From the NCBI RefSeq assembly GCF_963921235.1, contig NC_086108.1, forward strand, positions 36,768,001 to 36,832,000: a DNA stretch of 64,000 bases. Reading direction: 5' to 3'. Of this stretch, positions 1-12,438 are shown one piece after another. This stretch comes from Mobula hypostoma. Taxonomy: Eukaryota. How positions within the stretch are numbered: position 1 is the stretch's first letter; every line of letters begins with the position of its first letter. The notes under the pieces are model-generated. The model made no database searches. It had not been told where the DNA came from and worked only from the letters and a program-made list of their open reading frames with translations. The translations under genes and the position numbers were made by a program.

Positions 1-555
1 TTGGCATACGTTTCTGTCTCCCATTGTAATTTGTATACCATATCCTTACTACTGTTTCGGGGTCTGTATACGTCTCCCATGAGAGTCTTCTTACCCTTGC
101 CGGTCCATCGCTCTATCCAGAATGATTCAAAACCTTCCAACCCTATGTCACCTCTTTCTAAAGAGCTGATTTTATTTTTACCAACAGAGCAAAGTCACCC
201 CCTCTGCCTCACTGCCTGTCCTTTCAATACAATGTATATCTTTGGCCATTAATCTCCCAGCTATAATCTTCTTTCAACCATGATTCAGTGATGGCCAGAA
301 CATCATACCTGCCAATCTGTAACTGTGCTACAAGTTTATCTACCTTATTCCGTATACTATACGCATTCAAATATAATAGTCCTGTACTCTCCCTTTTTGA
401 CTTTGTCTACCTTTTATGTTGCTGCTCATCCTGCTGACTGTAATTTTGCCCTATCAACAGCCTTTCCTCACTACACATTGTCTCTACTTGTAAACCAGCT
501 ATCTCATCTTCAGTACTACCATCCACCTTTCCTATGATACTTCTTGCATTGAAAT
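1..555 (-). mobile_element. CR1-clade LINE fragment, ORF2 APE endonuclease N-terminus (degenerate)
   Basis: Minus-strand translation of ~190-380 gives YLNAxSIRNKVDKLVAQLQIGRYDVLAITESWLKE...GRGG, typical of the CR1 endonuclease start; contains stops. Extent beyond ~380 is approximate. Confidence 0.75.
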
Positions 556-857
556 TGTGGCAGGATGATTTGGAGCCAAATGCTGGAGCAACCGAAGGAT
601 CGAGACATGGTATCGAAACAGATCAAGAACTGAGCACAAAACAAATGTTGGACGATATCATTAGTAGGGTTAAAGATTGAGCACCAAACCTCAGTTCAGG
701 TGCTCTTTAAATTCTCAATTCTTGACACCCAAAACATAATTGCCAATTAGTGGGATCGTCCTCAACCCTTAAAGAGGCCGTGCCAGCTATCCATACTCTG
801 GAGAGTTAGAGTGTTTAAATCCCGGAGGCTAGCATGGTTGGTGTGCGTGTCATAACA
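556..857 (-). repeat. 3' LTR of the Sushi-like element
   Basis: On the minus strand it starts TGTTATGAC directly after the purine tract and ends ...CCACA (TG...CA). The outer boundary is inferred from that terminus because no second LTR is available for comparison. Confidence 0.7.
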
Positions 858-872
858 GGAACCCCTCCCCTA
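858..872 (-). promoter_or_regulatory. Polypurine tract of the Sushi-like element
   Basis: Minus strand AGGGGAGGGGTTCC abutting the LTR start. Confidence 0.75.
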
Positions 873-917
873 CGGCTGACTCCTGATGGCTCTGGCTGTT
901 TGAAGATGAGTGCCGAG

Positions 918-1073
918 GATGAGTGCCGGATCCAAGATGGCTCTTTCAGGCACCTAGCACCTCTCCTTTGGTTTGAGTCCTTCCCAGTCCGTGAGGTATC
1001 GCCAAACACACCAAACAGTATGTGAGTCCAAAAGCCTTTCCACCGTGAAGACCTGTTCCCTCTCAATAATCCT
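918..1073 (-). pseudogene. Integrase C-terminal chromodomain (one in-frame stop)
   Basis: Hand translation RIIEREQVFTVERLLDSHTVWCVWRYLTDWEGLKPKERC*VPERAILDPALI matches the chromovirus pattern (YxVxxLLDSR...YLVDWEGYGPEExSWVP..ILDP). Confidence 0.8.
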
Positions 1074-4000
1074 GGGTGGCAGCGGGGCAGATGGTGGTGG
1101 GGCCAAGGCGTTGGTGCAGACAGGTTTTATTTTAGAGATGTGGAAGGTGGGATTAATCTTTACGGTCCTGGGAAGCTGCAGGTATAAGCCACTGGGATGG
1201 GTCTAGTGAAGTTGGGCGACAACTTTCTAGACTCCACTTAGACAGGCAAATCATGAGTGGACAGCCAGACCTGTTACCCAGGCTGCAAAGAGGGTCTCTG
1301 TCTTTTCTTTCAGTTCGCCTTGGTTTCTGCCTTTTGGGTAGAGACCAACAAAATCTCTCCCTCATTCATTTCTCCTTGCAGCGTTGAATGAGCTCTTCGG
1401 CCACAGGGACCCAACATCGGCCTCCTGTTCCTGAAAGAGAGGTGGAGGATAACCAAACTGGCACTCAAACAGTGACATCCGGTGTGCTGTTGCTGTAAGG
1501 TGTTGTGAGCGACCAAATGGTCACACCACACATCAGGTCTTTCTGAGGCCAGGCATCTTAGGGTATGTTCAAAATCCTGGTTGGTCCATGCTGTCTGGCC
1601 GTTGGACTGTGGGTAAAACCCAGAAGAAATACTTGCTATTACCCCTATCAGCTTACAGAACACCTTCCAGAAATGTGATGTGAATTGTAGACCACGATCT
1701 GAGACAATGTTGACCAGGAGTCCACGAACCCTGAAGACCCGGTCCAGGACAGTTTCAGCAGTCTCCAACACATATGGTAGCTTCTCCAAGGCAATGAACT
1801 TGCAGGCTTTCAAAAACTGATTGACTCCTTGGATGGCGGAAGACCCGTGACAAAGTCCTTGGAGACAGGTGTCCGTGTTTTTTCCGTAACAGTTAGGGGA
1901 GGAGGAGCCCTTGAGGTATGGGGCCACTTGTTCGGGGCGCACACCTCGCATGCCTGCACATACTGCTGAACTTCTTTTGTCATTCTAGGCCACAAACACC
2001 TTCACTTGATAAGCTTGAGGGTCCCGTCAATCCCTGGGTAAGCAGTCATTCTCAAAGAATGTCCCCGTTGGAATACGTGGGACAGAACAGAACTTGGGAC
2101 AAACAGCCAACCCGGAGGACCGTTCTCAGGGATGTCCCTTTGCACTTGGTTCTTGTGAACAAGACCGTCGATTTCCCCAACACCTTGGCTTGGGGCAAAA
2201 TGGTGGTAGGCTGCTCCTCTCATTCCGGTTCGTCAAACTGACAGGACAGGGCGACTGGATTCTTATTCTTTGACCCCTGTCGATAGTTCAGGATGAAATT
2301 AAAGTGGTTAAGAAACAAAGACTGCCTGGCCTCCTGAATGTAAACCAGGTTCTTATGGTCAGTCCAAACAATAAAAGGGTTATAGGCCCCCCTCTACCCA
2401 GTGACACCATTTCCCAAAAGCTAACTTAACCACAATAAGCTCCTGATTCCTGATGTCATTGTTCCTCTCTGCTGGGAATAGCCACCTGGGGAAGAATGCA
2501 CATGGGTACAGTTTCCTGTCTGAAAGTGTTCATTGTGACAACACTGCACCACTCCAGTGTCTGAGGTGTCCTCCTACACAATGAAGGGAAGCTCTGGGTT
2601 CGGAGAAACCAAGATGGGAGCTGATGTGAACTGCTGCTTCAGTGATCCAGACAAAAAAGCCTGTGAATTTCTTAGTACGGACCATCAGCAGAGCTGCCAC
2701 TGAGTTGAAGTTCCTGACGAACTTCTGGTAGATGTTTGTAAACCCTAAGAACCTTTGGACTTATTTGATGCTGGATGGCTGTGGTCAATCTCTGGCTGCC
2801 TGTGTCTTCGTAGGGTCCTTCCTGAGAGTGATGAACCCCAAAAATGAACCAATCATCACATGAAATTCAGACTTCTCCAACTTGACATGAGGTCCATGGA
2901 CTAGAAGCCTCTTTAAAGTGTGCTTGACGTGAACGATGTGCTCCTTTATGGACTTTGAGAAGATTACGATATCATCCAGGTAGATGAAGGCATTCTTATG
3001 GAGAGTGTCCTGGAGCATGTTGTTTGCAAAGGGCTGACAAACCGCTGGAGCATTCTCAAAGTCAAATGGCATAATTAAGTACTCGTAGAGCCCTGTCGGT
3101 GTATTGAATCATTGCCTTCCCTTATATGGACAAGATTGTACACACTCTGTAGGGCTAGCTTAGTGAATACTCTTGTCCCTTAGAGAATATCAAAGGCAGC
3201 ATTCATGAATGGAAGGGGATATGAGGTTTAATCTTCTATTATCAGTACATAGCCATAGGCTCCCATTCTTCTTTTATATGAATAAGAAGTTTGCGCAAGC
3301 TGGTGAGGTGGAGGGCAGAATGAATCCCATAGCAAGAGCTTTCTTTATATATTCCTCCTTTGCACTTCTCTCTGGACCTGAGAGTGCATATAACCAACCA
3401 TTCAGAGGACAAGTAGCAGACAGAAGATATATAACACTGTTATGGGGTTGGTGTGATGGAAGATTTGAGGCCTTTCCCTTGCTGAAGGCCTCTTCCAAGT
3501 CCTTGTATATGGAAGGAATTTCAAGCAGCCTGGGTGTTGCAAGTTGTTCTGAACCCTCCTTCAAGGACGTCTCCTGAGTCTTCCTGGGTGGCAGGGGTGA
3601 TTCAACCGACTTCTGAGTCTCCTCCCTAGGTTCACCAGACTCCATCATATCCTCAGGCGAAAGCAATAAGGTGTTACAGACAGTCCTTGCGCCCCTGGGA
3701 ACAGGCTACAAGGGGCTGCATTTAAGAGTCTTCCCTTTAGTCGGAACCGGGCAGCTGAATCCCTTAAGCTTTGGGTTACCTCGCACTGAAGTCTGTCTCC
3801 TTGCTGGTTGTTGGTCTTAGAAGAGTTTGGTGGTCAGATCAACACACCGCAAATGTACTCCCTTACAATAACTGGACCAAGCAATGATTCTCCCTCCCTC
3901 TAGTCCATGGGTGGATTATGCAGGGATAGCCAAGTGCACCCGAAGATCAGGGGCATGAATGGAGAGTCAATGATGTAGAAACTGGTGTCTTCCACATAAT

Positions 4001-5197
4001 CCCCAATCCTCATCTGCAAATCCTCAGTCTGTTGTTGGATCTGCCGGAATCTAGTGGGCAGCCATCCAAGACAGTTGTGGCACGGACTGACTCAACTCTC
4101 GCAGTGGTATGTCAAGCCGTCGGGTGGTTCTGAGTCCAGAAAATTACCCGCTGCCCCAGAATTCCTAGAAGCCTTCACCTGTCTCAAGTTCTTAACCCCA
4201 GGTGAACTCTGCCTTCAGTAAGAAACTGGAATCTATGGGATTGGGGGCAGCGGCTGCCTCTGCCACAATCCTCCCACTTCTGGATGATCTCAGCAGTTCT
4301 CCAGGCAGCTGCAGCTTCGAGCGTTCTGTCGCAGGTGACATGCTTCCCAGCGGTAATAGCAGCAGCCTTGCTTCCAGCGCTGGGACCTCTCACCAGTGGC
4401 GAGCCTTGTGTAACCGATCTGCATGGGTTCGAAAGAGTTCTGAGCAGGAGATGGGATGGGCTGGCCATGGTCCGAGATCGGGAGGTGTGGAAATGCAATG
4501 AATTGAGTCCAGGCTCGGGCTAGCCATCTTCGGCCTCATAATGTAGTCCCTCTTATGCCCTGCCAGACGATTGTCAAGGTGGATAGATTGGTCGATGACA
4601 ACCTCTAAGCCCCCTGTTGGCTCTCCCAAGGCAAGGGCATTCTTTAGCTCATCCTGGAGTCTGTGGTGGTACAGAGTGGGACGGCTTCGCTGTTCCAAGC
4701 ATTCTGTTGTGCCAAAGTTCGGAAATCAATAGCACAGTTGGCCACTGACCGACTTCCCTGATGTAGCTTCAGCAGAATGTACGAGGCTTTATACGTGCCA
4801 GCAGGATGATAAACTACCTTTCTTATGGTGGTAATGAATTCCTCTGGATAAGCGCAAATCTCTGACCTTCGCTCCCAATGTGTGGTGGCCCAGGTGAGGG
4901 CTCTCCCTGTCCTGTCAGGAAAGAGACCATGAAGACCACGTTTCTGCACACCAAGGGGAGTTTGAACACCAATGTTTTCACCTGAACTGGAGGGAGAATC
5001 CTAGTGGGAAAGTTTGTTAATGCTGCGCAGTGGGGTTTAAACTGTGACTGAGTCAGAATGTCACAGGGTCTTTGGAACAAGAAATAGTACCAACACCAGA
5101 GACACAAAACACAGTGAAGAAGGCTCTAAGCCATCTTAAGGGATTCAGCTGCCCGGTTCCGACTAAAGGGAAGACTCTTAAATGCAGCCCCTTGTAG

Positions 5198-6130
5198 TCA
5201 GGGGACTATGACGGCCATGGCAAAATCTTCAGCTTACGCCTCTTGAAGTAGTCCATTGTAGATTTTGAGGTGTGCTTAGGTTCATTATCCTGTTGTAGAA
5301 GCCATCCTCTTTTCATCTTTGGCTTTTTTACAGATGGCGTGATGTTTGCTTCCAGAATTTGCTGGTATTTAATTAAATTCATTCTTCCCTCTACCAGTGA
5401 AATGTTCCCTGTGCCACTGGCTGCAACACAAGCCCAAAGCATGATCGATCCACCCCTGTGATTAACAGTTGGAGAGGTGTTCTTTTCATGAAATTTTGCA
5501 CCCTTTTTTCTCCAAACATACCTTTGCTCATTGCGACCAGAAAGTTCTATTTTAACTTCATCAGTCCACAGGACTTGTTTCCAAAATGCATCAGGCTTGT
5601 TTAGATGTTCCTTTGGACCTTTTGAATAGAACACACCTCAAAATCCACAATGGTCTACCTCAAGAGGCGCAAGCTGAAGGTTTTGCCATGGCCCTCACAG
5701 TCCCCTGACCTAAACATCATCGAAAATCTGTGAATAGACCTCAAAAGAGCAGTGCATGCAAGACGGCCCAAGAATCTCACAGAACTAGAAGCCTTTTGCA
5801 AGGAAAATAGGTGAAAATCCCCCAAACAAGAATTGAAAGACTCTTAGCTGCCTACAAAAAGCATTTACGGGCTGTGATACTTGCCAAAGGGGGTGTTACT
5901 AAGTACTGCCATGCTGGGTGCCCAAACTTTTGCTTCGGGCCCTTTTCCTTTTTTTGTTATTTTGATATTGTAAAAGATGGAAATAAAAAATGTTTTCTAG
6001 CTTAAAATATTAAAGAAATGTGTCATCTTTAACTTTATGCCTTTTGGAAATCAGTTCATCTTTTACTTGCTTAGCTATTCACAGTAACAGAAATTTTGAC
6101 CAGGGGCGCCCAAACTTTTGCATGCCACTG
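5198..6130 (+). mobile_element. Tc1-like DNA transposon family A, 5'-truncated with inverted internal segment
   Basis: 5198-~5616 encodes transposase on minus (VLWTDE, GGSIMLWAC, QQDNEPKH). 5631-6130 continues on plus ([14 protein letters not shown]...GGVTKY) to the IR/DR right end ...GCATGCCACTG followed by TA. Confidence 0.9.
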
Positions 6131-6230
6131 TATATTGAACTCTCAGTGTGCACACACTCAACTAAGAGTCAACATTTTATCTGTAAAAATACACAATATA
6201 GTAATCCTTATTCTAAATCGTCAGAAGAAT

Positions 6231-8515
6231 TAGAACATAGAACATAGGAAACTACAGCACATTACAGGCCCTTTGGCCCACAATGTTGTGCCGACTGTGT
6301 AACCTACTCTGGAAGCTGCCTAGAATTTCCCATACCGCATTTCTCTCAGCTCTATGTACCTATCTAAAAGGCTCTTAAAAGATCCTATTTTATCTGCCTC
6401 TACCACGATCACTGGCAGTGTATTCCATGCACCCACCACTCTGTGTGAAAAACTTACCACGGACATCCCCTCTGTACCTACTTCCAAGCACCTTAAAGCT
6501 ATGCCCCTTCGTTTTAGCCATTTCAGCCCTGGCAAAAAGCCTCTGGCTATCCACGCAATCAATGCCTCTCATCATCTTACACACTTCTATCAGGTCATCT
6601 CTCATCCTCCGTTGCTCCAAGGAGAAAAAGCCAAGTTCATAAGGTATGCTCTCCAACCCAGGCAATACCCTTGTAAATCTCCTCTGCACTGTTTCTATAG
6701 CATCCACATCATTTCTGTAATGAGGCAACCAGAACTGATCACAGTATACCAAGTGGGGTCTAACTAAGGTCTTATAGAGCTTAACATTACCTCGTGGCTC
6801 TTGAACTCAATCCCATGTTTGATGAAGGCCATCACATCATACACCTTAACAACACTGTCAACTGATGCAGCAGCTTTGAGTGTCCCATGGACACGGACCC
6901 CAAGATATCACTGATCCTCCCACTACCAAGCGTCTTACCATTAATATTATATTCCGTCTTCAAAGTTGACCTACTGAAAGGAGCCACTTCACATTTATCT
7001 GGGTTCTGCCACTTCTTACCCCAGTTCTGCATCCTATCGATATCCCGCTGTAACCTCTGACTATCTTCCAGATTATCCACAACACCCCCAACTTCTGTGT
7101 CATCAGCAAATTTACTAACCCACCCATCTACTTCCTCATCTAGCTCACTTATAAAAATCACGAAGAACAGGGGTCCCAGAACAGATCCCTGTGGAACATC
7201 GCTGGTCCCCATCCTCAATGCAGAATATGAACCATCCACAACCACCCAAGCACGAGGAATTCTGCGGCTGCTGGAAATTCAAGCAACACACATCAAAGTT
7301 GCTGGTGAACGCAGCAGGCCAGGCAGCATCTCCAGGAAGAGGTACAGTCGACATTTCGGGCGGAGACCCTTCATCAGGATACCCCTTGCCCATCCTCTGG
7401 GTTTTTTCCCGCCCTCCCCCTTTTCCTTCTCCCTGGGCCTCCTGTCCCATGATCCTCTCATATCCCTTTTGCCAATCAACTGTCCAGCTCTTGGCTCCAT
7501 CCCTCCCCTTCCTGTCTTCTCCTATCATTTGGATCTCTCCCTCCCCCTCCCACTTTCAAATCTCTTACTCGCTCTTCCTTTAGTTAGTCCTGACAAAGGG
7601 TCTTGGCTCGAAGCATCGACTGTACCTCTTTCTAGAGATGCTGCCTGGCCTGCTGCATTCACCAGCAACTTTGATGTGTGTTGCATCCATAACCACCCTT
7701 TGCCTTCTGTGGGCAAGCCAATTCTGGATCCACAAAACAAGGCCTTCTTGGATCCCATGCCTCATTATTTTCTAAATGAGCCTTGCCTGGGGAACCTTAT
7801 CAAATGCCTTACTGAAATCCATATACACGACATCCACTGTTCTTCCTTCATCTACGTGTCTTGTTACATCCTCAAAGAATTCAATTAGGCTTGTAAGGCA
7901 TGACCTGCCCTTGACAAAGCTATGCTGACTATCCTTAATCAGATTATGTCGCTCCAAATGTCCATAAATCCTGCCTCTCAGGATCTTCCCCAACAACTTG
8001 TCCACCATTGAAGTAAGGCTCACTGGTCTATAATTTTTTGGGTTAACTCTACTCCTTTTCTTGAACAAGGAAACAACATTTCCAACCTTCCAATCCTCTG
8101 GTACTTCTCGTGACCCTATTGATAACACAAAGATCATTGCCAGAGGCTCAGCAATCTCCCTCGCTTCCCACAGTTGCCTGGGGTATATCTCGTCAAGATC
8201 CAGTTCATCCTCTTTCTTAATCTGTATACACTCAGCATTTCAGTCCACTGTAAGTCATCCCCACAATTGCCAAGGTCCTTTTCCCTGGTGAAAATTGAAG
8301 CAAAGTATTCATTAAGTGCCTCTGCTACCTCCTTTCTAATATCGCACCGGATGGGTCCTATTCTCACACAACTCATCCTCTTGCTGTTCACATTCTTGTG
8401 GAATGCCTTGGGGGTTTCTTTAATCCTGTTCACCAAGGCCTTTTCATGGCCCCTTCTAGCTCTCCTAATTTCATTCTTGAGCTCCTTCCTGGCACCCTTG
8501 TTATTTTTTAGAGCA
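6231..8515 (-). mobile_element. CR1 LINE, 5'-truncated, (ATGTTCT)n tail, interrupted by a PLE insertion
   Basis: ORF fragments 7772..8137 (NYRPVSLTS, YMDFSKAFDKVP), 6832..7245 (VPQGSVLGP, KFADD) and 6390..6752; tail AGAACATAGAACAT at 6232. Confidence 0.92.
7248..7683 (+). mobile_element. Penelope-like non-autonomous insertion (terminal repeat plus inverted partial copy) carrying hammerhead motifs
   Basis: Flanked by 15-bp TSD CATCCAC/TAACCACCC (7233-7247, 7684-7698). 7251-7380 is an inverted copy of the element's 3' end. Hammerhead-like cores at 7346-7380 (-) and 7586-7621 (+, degenerate). Confidence 0.85.
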
Positions 8516-8639
8516 ATGGTGAGTTATCAATAAAAATTTTGCAATTGACAATGGATAAGATCTTCCGCAGCATAAACTATTGCTCATATAATGAGAATGA
8601 CATTTTTGTGTTTTTGCCATTCCTACTGGGGTAGAAAAT

Positions 8640-9610
8640 CAATTCATCAAAAGTGGAAGGTTGAATTTTCTTTTGGCAGTTGTCTTTACCCAGAATAGAG
8701 CAATCCACTGCCATATCTGTATGCATCTTTGCGGATTCATTCTTCATCTTTACCTTGATATCCTATTGCTTCCTGCCGTTTTCAACCCCCTCAATGAGAC
8801 TGCAATGTTATACAGACTCCTTCCCTCTATCCCTGAATTAGGTTGTTTGACAAAGTTTCCCTTTTTGAAGAGATTAGATTGATATGCACAAGTGGTACAA
8901 GATTGATAGGGTTGCTTTGATTAGTTTGTGTTTGTTTTTACAATGCCATAAATACATGTCCATTCTTCTGACATATATAACACTAAGCCTCCTTAAAGGA
9001 TTAGACTAGTAGTGAATGGTCATTGCATTTATAGCAGGATGGACACCACTTACTGTATATAGACGTGAAGCAGACTTTGTTTTGGGAATAGAATATCTGC
9101 AATTGTCTGCTGACTATAAGTATGTCATATTGTGCCTAGTGATGGACGAAATTAATTGGCATATTTTGATACCATTCTATTAAGAATGCAATTTTGTAAG
9201 CCAGATCAAAGAGAAGATGTGTGCTTAACAATTTGCACTGAATCTACTCATCATTTAAGCCGCAAATCCACCCTGCAGTGCATGGTTTATGAATTCATCA
9301 AAGTTGCAATGTCTGGATAATCATTTAATGCAGCAATCTATTCACAGACTCTTCTTCTTGCCCTTTGATTTCTCATGCCAAATGTAGAACTACTGTAACT
9401 GCTGTTTTAACTGACTATGGGTTGAATAATCCTCAAATTTCTGTAGCTACCCAGTCAATGAAGCTTCTTTGGCTCTGAGACTACCAGATCGGTAGACATG
9501 TAATAACTGTTAGAACCAACCGCTGTCAATAGAATCACTTTCCTACACTCTTTTATGGCAAAATACTCTGCTGGTGCATTCACCCACACATATTAGCCTC
9601 CATTTATCCA
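8640..9610 (-). mobile_element. Ancient Gypsy-type gag/protease relic
   Basis: Frameshifted minus-strand translation gives SRHCNFDEFINHALQ..., zinc-knuckle remnants CYKCNDH...CYICQKNGH, then a protease-like KMHTDMAVDCSIL. Confidence 0.55.
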
Positions 9611-10486
9611 TTTTCCTGTCTAAAAAGTGATACTGTTACATTCAAGTCTGCTTGGCATTGTGTTCAATCTTACTGTGTTTAACTCTCCTAGGTTTTCTCT
9701 CCTTGTTGGTGTGTGTCCATTTCTCACAATACTATTAACCAGCAAGGCCTCAACATTACATGCAGGTTTACTGATTCATGGTTTACTAATACTTGTGGAA
9801 ACATTGATGTCCTTGCTGTTTTCTCTTCACTAACTGTAGAGTTTTGAGATTCCAATAGTTTTTCTTTTCACCCGCTTCTCTTTTGTAACGGCTGACATTT
9901 ACTTTTGGTCTTCTGTACTGTCAATCATTGGCTGATGTTTCCAAGAGCTCCTTCAAAGTATTTCTTTCTTCTCCAGCCCAAATGCATGACAAGTCACTGA
10001 AATATTGCTCATTTTTAGTCATAAAATCAAACATTCTGCAGTCTTTGCTAACTTTACTGCTGGTTGTGGTGTTTTGGCAGGTGATCTATTGCAGAAATAA
10101 TGAGGGTGTAGTAAGTAAACTCTAGGAGATGTTGGCATCTTTAGAACCATCTTTAGAACATGTGTAGCATGTTATTGAAGACCAGAAACAAATACCTTAT
10201 GTTATTATACTACTTTGAGCTGTTGGCCAGAAAGAACTACAGTCTACAAATCAGTGAATTTAAGTGAATCAAGGACAGTGGAATCAGACAGACCAATTGT
10301 CTTTGTTCTTGCCATGTGCTTGGGAATGGAGGCTGCCATTTTGTGGAACTGTTTTACATCCTCCATTTTGTGAGCTTGTTGCTTGGCTTGATCAGTGTTT
10401 TAAAGTGCACACAATGATGCCTCAGGTAATCTGCTGGACTAAGGATCATTTTCCTTTCCAAATAGGAAGTTACAAACGTTTGTATT

Positions 10487-11047
10487 TGTGAGGTGTTGTT
10501 TGGTTGGATATAACATGCAGATTTGTGAATGATGGGGTGATTCAAGCTGATTGCTGATTGAGAACGAAGAGCCGTAGATGACGGATTGTCATTTATTGGG
10601 AAGAGGGCAATAAATGGATGCTGGCTTAGAGCTGAGCCAATAAAAATGTGTTAAAGGTCAGACACATGACCTATAGCCAATGACACTGGAATGTAACGTT
10701 TCAACTTGTGAGGAATGGATATAAAAGCAGAGGTTTTCAGATACAAGATAGCAATAACTCTCCAGAGACCAACTATCACAGACGTGAGGTGCCCCATGGA
10801 CATGGAGATTCAGAATGGGACTACGAGGAAACTGTGACCAACCGCAGAAACTCCTTTTTAACTGATATTATCTTTTCTATTCTCTGACTGTTCATGGAAG
10901 GTCAGAGAAACTTATTACATGTGCACACAGGTATTTGGTTGTGTAACTTCACCTGTTCTTCCATTGAGGCAATAAACGTACCTGTGGGTAATTACAGATT
11001 GTCGCTGTGCTTCCCTGATTGTTATTGCTAGAGGTGATTTTTGTAAC
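10487..11047 (+). mobile_element. Probable solo LTR
   Basis: Starts TGTGAG; two AGCCAAT boxes (~10635, ~10675), TATAAAA at 10720, AATAAA at 10971; ends ...TGTAAC. No clear TSD. Confidence 0.4.
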
Positions 11048-11054
11048 TGAGCTG

Positions 11055-11395
11055 TGGAAAATTGGAGCAGGAATAGACCCTTCAGTCCTTCAGGCCTCCT
11101 TCCTCACTACTGCACCATCCTCCGAGTGAAGACATCCTTCCTAATCTTGTTTCTAAATGGTGTACTCTGTATCATGAAGGTGTGACCTTTGCTACAGGAC
11201 TCTAACTATCTGGATGAACCTTCCTGCATCTGGTCTGCCAAGTCCTGTTAGAAATTTATAAGCTTCCCTGAGATCTCCTTCCATTTTTGTACACTCCAGT
11301 GAACAGAGATGCAATTACACAATTTCTCATCCTACATGAAGCCTGTTATTCCGGGAATCTGTCAAGCTAACCTTTGTTGTTCTTCCTCCACATGA
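11055..11395 (-). mobile_element. Old CR1 LINE 3' fragment
   Basis: Diverged similarity to the 3' ends of younger CR1 copies in the window (e.g. 51800-52280). Confidence 0.6.
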
Positions 11396-11954
11396 AGACT
11401 AAGTATATAACCAACAGGCCCCGCATGTAATTGTTATTACATTGTATGTGGATGTGACTCATCTACATATTTATATACAAATATACCACATTCACTCTGA
11501 GATCACCCTTACAACACTTCGTACTGGTCCTTAAATCTTGACTCCTATACAGTTTCTTTCCCTAGCTGCCTTAAAATTGTGTGGACACAGGTGAAGACAT
11601 GGGTGATTTCCACCAAAGGCCATCAGGGTTGTCAGCATAAATGAGACAATCCAGAGAATCTGCACAATCCCAATGGTCCCATTCTCAACCAGACCCCAGA
11701 TGAGAGTGCATTCCAGGAACCTGCCTACACCAGCTTATTGCATCTGCTTGTTAAGTGTTTCACAACAGCTTGTTGATTTAGAGGTTAACCCTAAATCATG
11801 CAGCTTCAAATATCGACACATAGAAGACTATGGACTAAGTGCTGATAAATGGGATAGGACAGATAGGTGGACCAAAAGGCCTGTTTCTGTGCTGTACAAC
11901 TTTATAAATCTGTAACTTTGACCCCCAGTGCAAAGTACACCTATAGTTACAATT

Positions 11955-12438
11955 GCTTGCTTCGTCGAGCACCTTTACTCTGTGCTATTTCCTGGTAGCC
12001 ACCCATTCTAATTCAATTTCCCATTCCTATCCTGCAACTTCAGTCCACGGCCTCCCCTACTGCTGTGATGAGGCCACACTTGGGTTGGAGGAACAACACC
12101 TCAAATTCCATCAGGGTGGCCTCCAAACTGATGACTTGAATATTGATTTTGTTACCTTCTAGTAATTTCTGTGGAAGACCTTTTCCCATGGTCCACTATA
12201 CTGTCCTAATAGATTCCTTCATCTTCAGCCCTTTACCTCTTTAACTTATCATCTCCCAGCTTCTTACTTCTTAACCCCCTCCCCATTCAGCCATCTTCCC
12301 CCTCACTTGGTTTCACCTGCCAGTTTATACTCCTTCCCCTCCCCCACCTTCTTATTCTGGCTCCTGTCCCCCATCCTGTTGACTGTTTATTCCTCTCCAT
12401 AGACAGGCAGAGTTCCTCCAGCATTTTGTGTATGTTGT
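11955..12438 (+). mobile_element. Penelope-like element 3' fragment (GIY-YIG C-terminus plus terminal repeat)
   Basis: ORF 11953..12162 has VATHSNSISHS...SVHGL..C.DEATLGLEEQHLKF.QGGLQTDDLNIDF, a PLE endonuclease C-terminus pattern. The tail GAGTTCCTCCAGCATTTTGTGT is shared with 54975 and 58851. Confidence 0.75.

Larger units (their letters stand above)
556..4950 (-). mobile_element. Decayed Ty3/Gypsy chromovirus (Sushi-like) LTR retrotransposon, 5' LTR missing
   Basis: Minus-strand order: gag (4644..4949 GRALTWAT...LHQGSRSV..DFRTLA), protease region (~3900-4200), RT (3274..3666; 2785..3072 MPF...FIYLDDIVIFS), RNase H, integrase (YVQACEVC, IVSDRGLQFTSHFWK, SGFYPQSNGQT), chromodomain, PPT, LTR. 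Many stops and frameshifts. Confidence 0.92.

Noticed and set aside
7097..7888. 263-aa ORF
   Set aside because: It runs through antisense CR1 and the non-coding PLE repeat; the repeated DAAWPAAFTSNF peptides are translations of that repeat.
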